DNA from: a virus
Taxonomy: Duplodnaviria; Caudoviricetes
IMG/VR virus record: IMGVR_UViG_3300010052_000178
Location: 1-45,538 of that record
Reading direction: 5' to 3' (one strand)
DNA: 45,538 bases
Made by a program: the position numbers and the translations under genes
Notes under the pieces: generated by a model
What the model saw: only the letters and a program-made list of their open reading frames with translations
Told to the model about the DNA's origin: nothing
Database searches by the model: none
Shown: one piece after another, positions 44,153 to 45,538 of the stretch
How the letters are laid out: each line of letters starts with the position of its first letter
How positions within the stretch are numbered: the first letter of the stretch is position 1

Positions 44153-44403
44153 TCATGGCGTGGTTAGCGGCGCGTCTTGTCCCCATCGGGGCGGGGCTCG
44201 TCGTCGTGTTGGCGTTGTTCGCGTGGGATCGAGTGAGGATTTGGAACGCAGAAACGCGCGGCGCAGAAAAACTCGCTGCCAAAGTCGAAAGGAAAGACAA
44301 TGCAGCGGCTGAAAGCATTCGCAAGGCTGACGCTCTGTCTCGCGCTGCCAAGCCTGGGCGGCTGCGCGGGGTGGTTCGAGACCCAAACTCCGTCTCTGAG
44401 TGA
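44149..44403 (+). CDS. Rz-like inner-membrane spanin
   Basis: N-terminal TM plus coiled coil, after the endolysin. Confidence 0.7.
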   Translation: MIMAWLAARLVPIGAGLVVVLALFAWDRVRIWNAETRGAEKLAAKVERKDNAAAESIRKADALSRAAKPGRLRGVVRDPNSVSE

Positions 44404-44596
44404 CGGAAAGGCCATTAGTGAGCTCCTCAAGCCCGTTCCTGTCTACGACAAGGCCCCGTGCTGGATGCAGCAGGAATGGAGCGCCGACAACACTCGGAAG
44501 GCGGCGGCTGGAGGAAAGAAGGAGGCTTACGCGCCTCCTTGCGTCTTCGACCCGCCGAAGAAAGAACCAGTGACACCTGAGCCTAAAACCTCTTGA
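44300..44596 (+). CDS. Rz1-like outer-membrane lipoprotein spanin
   Basis: Lipobox LGGC, Pro-rich, overlaps Rz in another frame. Confidence 0.7.
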   Translation: MQRLKAFARLTLCLALPSLGGCAGWFETQTPSLSDGKAISELLKPVPVYDKAPCWMQQEWSADNTRKAAAGGKKEAYAPPCVFDPPKKEPVTPEPKTS

Positions 44597-44612
44597 GGTA
44601 GGACCATGGCCG

Positions 44613-44843
44613 ATGCACTCGACACCGCCACACTGGAAAGGCTGGCCGCTCACTTCCCAGCCCGAGCACACGACCAAAGAGCTGGAGAACCGGCTGACGC
44701 ACCTCGAGATCAACTCAGAGGAGCACACACAAAAGCTCAGCCTGCACGAGCGGGCGATCCTGGGAATCCTGGGGGCGCTCTACGTTCTCGCCCAGGACAG
44801 GTTTCCGGTGATCGCGGAGGTCATCAGGGGAGTGCTGCAGTGA
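44613..44843 (+). CDS. Holin-like / XhlA-like protein
   Basis: LENRLTHLE coiled coil followed by a TM segment; in the lysis cassette. Confidence 0.5.
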   Translation: MHSTPPHWKGWPLTSQPEHTTKELENRLTHLEINSEEHTQKLSLHERAILGILGALYVLAQDRFPVIAEVIRGVLQ

Positions 44844-44904
44844 GCGAACGGTTCAAAGGGTATCTGTGGGCGATGCTCGGTCTCACGCTCGGCAGCATCG
44901 CCTA

Positions 44905-45165
44905 CTACGTGGTGTTCCCTCCTGTGTGAGTGGAGCTGGGGTTGCCGAGATCGTTAAAAACGATCTTGAACTCGTATCGCGGAATGCCGTCAACACAGAT
45001 AACTGTGCAGTCCGGATGGATTTGCACATCGATTTGGCCAGGGCATACTCCATTTATGAGCATCCCGGCGAGCGCGTCTTCGATTTGGTTCGCCAATTCC
45101 AGTGACGCCTTTCTGGCGATCTCCATCGCACCGATGATAGGGATGTCATATCTAAGTGGCATCAT
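44905..45165 (-). CDS. Hypothetical protein
   Basis: GGAGGGAAGG RBS; opposite strand after the lysis genes. Confidence 0.5.
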   Translation of the reverse strand: MMPLRYDIPIIGAMEIARKASLELANQIEDALAGMLINGVCPGQIDVQIHPDCTVICVDGIPRYEFKIVFNDLGNPSSTHTGGNTT

Positions 45166-45217
45166 CCTTCCCTCCGCATCTACCTTCCCCTGTCTCTGAC
45201 AGTTTCAACTCCTACAC

Positions 45218-45538
45218 TTATACGATCCGCAGTCCGTGAGGATTGACTATTGCTGAGGCCTTACCGACTTTGCGGAGCGTCACAACGCGATAGGTGTCGT
45301 AGACCTTCTCGGTTTCATCCTTGCAAGGCTCGAACTCGCACTCCCATCCATCTGTTATGGCCATGCGCCGAATGACCTCTTCATTGGCCGAGTGAACCGT
45401 GAGCTTCTCGATTTCAGCCTCGCGGCCGTCTCGAATGCGTTGCCAGATCTGCCCGGCCTCGAACCCGTGCACAAACGACGGGCTTCCATCCGGGAATGCA
45501 ACCAGTAGACCCCAACCCTCTTTGTCGGTCATGGCCAT
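45218..45538 (-). CDS. Hypothetical phage protein (start at window edge)
   Basis: FVHGFEAGQIWQ...VHSANEEVIRRMA...GW; 106 aa. Confidence 0.6.
   Translation of the reverse strand: MAMTDKEGWGLLVAFPDGSPSFVHGFEAGQIWQRIRDGREAEIEKLTVHSANEEVIRRMAITDGWECEFEPCKDETEKVYDTYRVVTLRKVGKASAIVNPHGLRIV

Larger units (their letters stand above)
1031..45538. mobile_element. Temperate prophage with lambdoid organisation and P22-like podovirus structural module; right boundary outside window
   Basis: Tyrosine integrase next to the tRNA 3' end, AT-rich att arm at 1031-1060, cI/cro, replication, terminase, portal, capsid, tail and lysis genes. No tape measure or sheath gene seen. Confidence 0.95.

Noticed and set aside
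44900-45538. attR copy of the tRNA-Val 3' end
   Set aside because: Not found by eye; the prophage appears to continue beyond the window.

Overview
The window shows a short piece of alphaproteobacterial chromosome (HU gene, terminator, tRNA-Val(TAC)) followed from about 1031 to the end by a temperate prophage integrated at the tRNA. The host assignment is inferred from GcrA, the Omp25/RopB-like porin and high GC. The right end (attR) is not in the window. The layout is lambdoid with a P22-like podovirus virion module. From left to right it carries: integrase/excisionase; a leftward early operon (HNH endonucleases, DUF4326, Dam-type MTase, pentapeptide-repeat protein, ERF recombinase, DUF6948 plus a Gly-Asp/Tyr repeat); an OMP moron; a cI/cro switch with readable PL/PR promoters and 16-bp operators; a replication gene with 7 iterons; GcrA and NusG-like regulators; a divergent HTH/membrane-protein module; terminase, portal, scaffold, capsid, tail and ejection genes; and a lysis cassette. 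The most unusual element is a ~670-nt apparently non-coding, highly structured region after cro. It contains a 267-nt tRNA-shaped RNA closed by a perfect 20-bp helix, with D-like and T-like arms in tRNA geometry and a ~190-nt domain in place of the anticodon arm. Other notable items are two paralogous coiled-coil proteins each placed behind an HTH regulator, two membrane proteins sharing a Cys-pair coiled-coil architecture, and a GGLLGG-tagged ParB-like putative injected effector with a small convergent partner gene. All family assignments come from motif recognition by eye; no searches were run.
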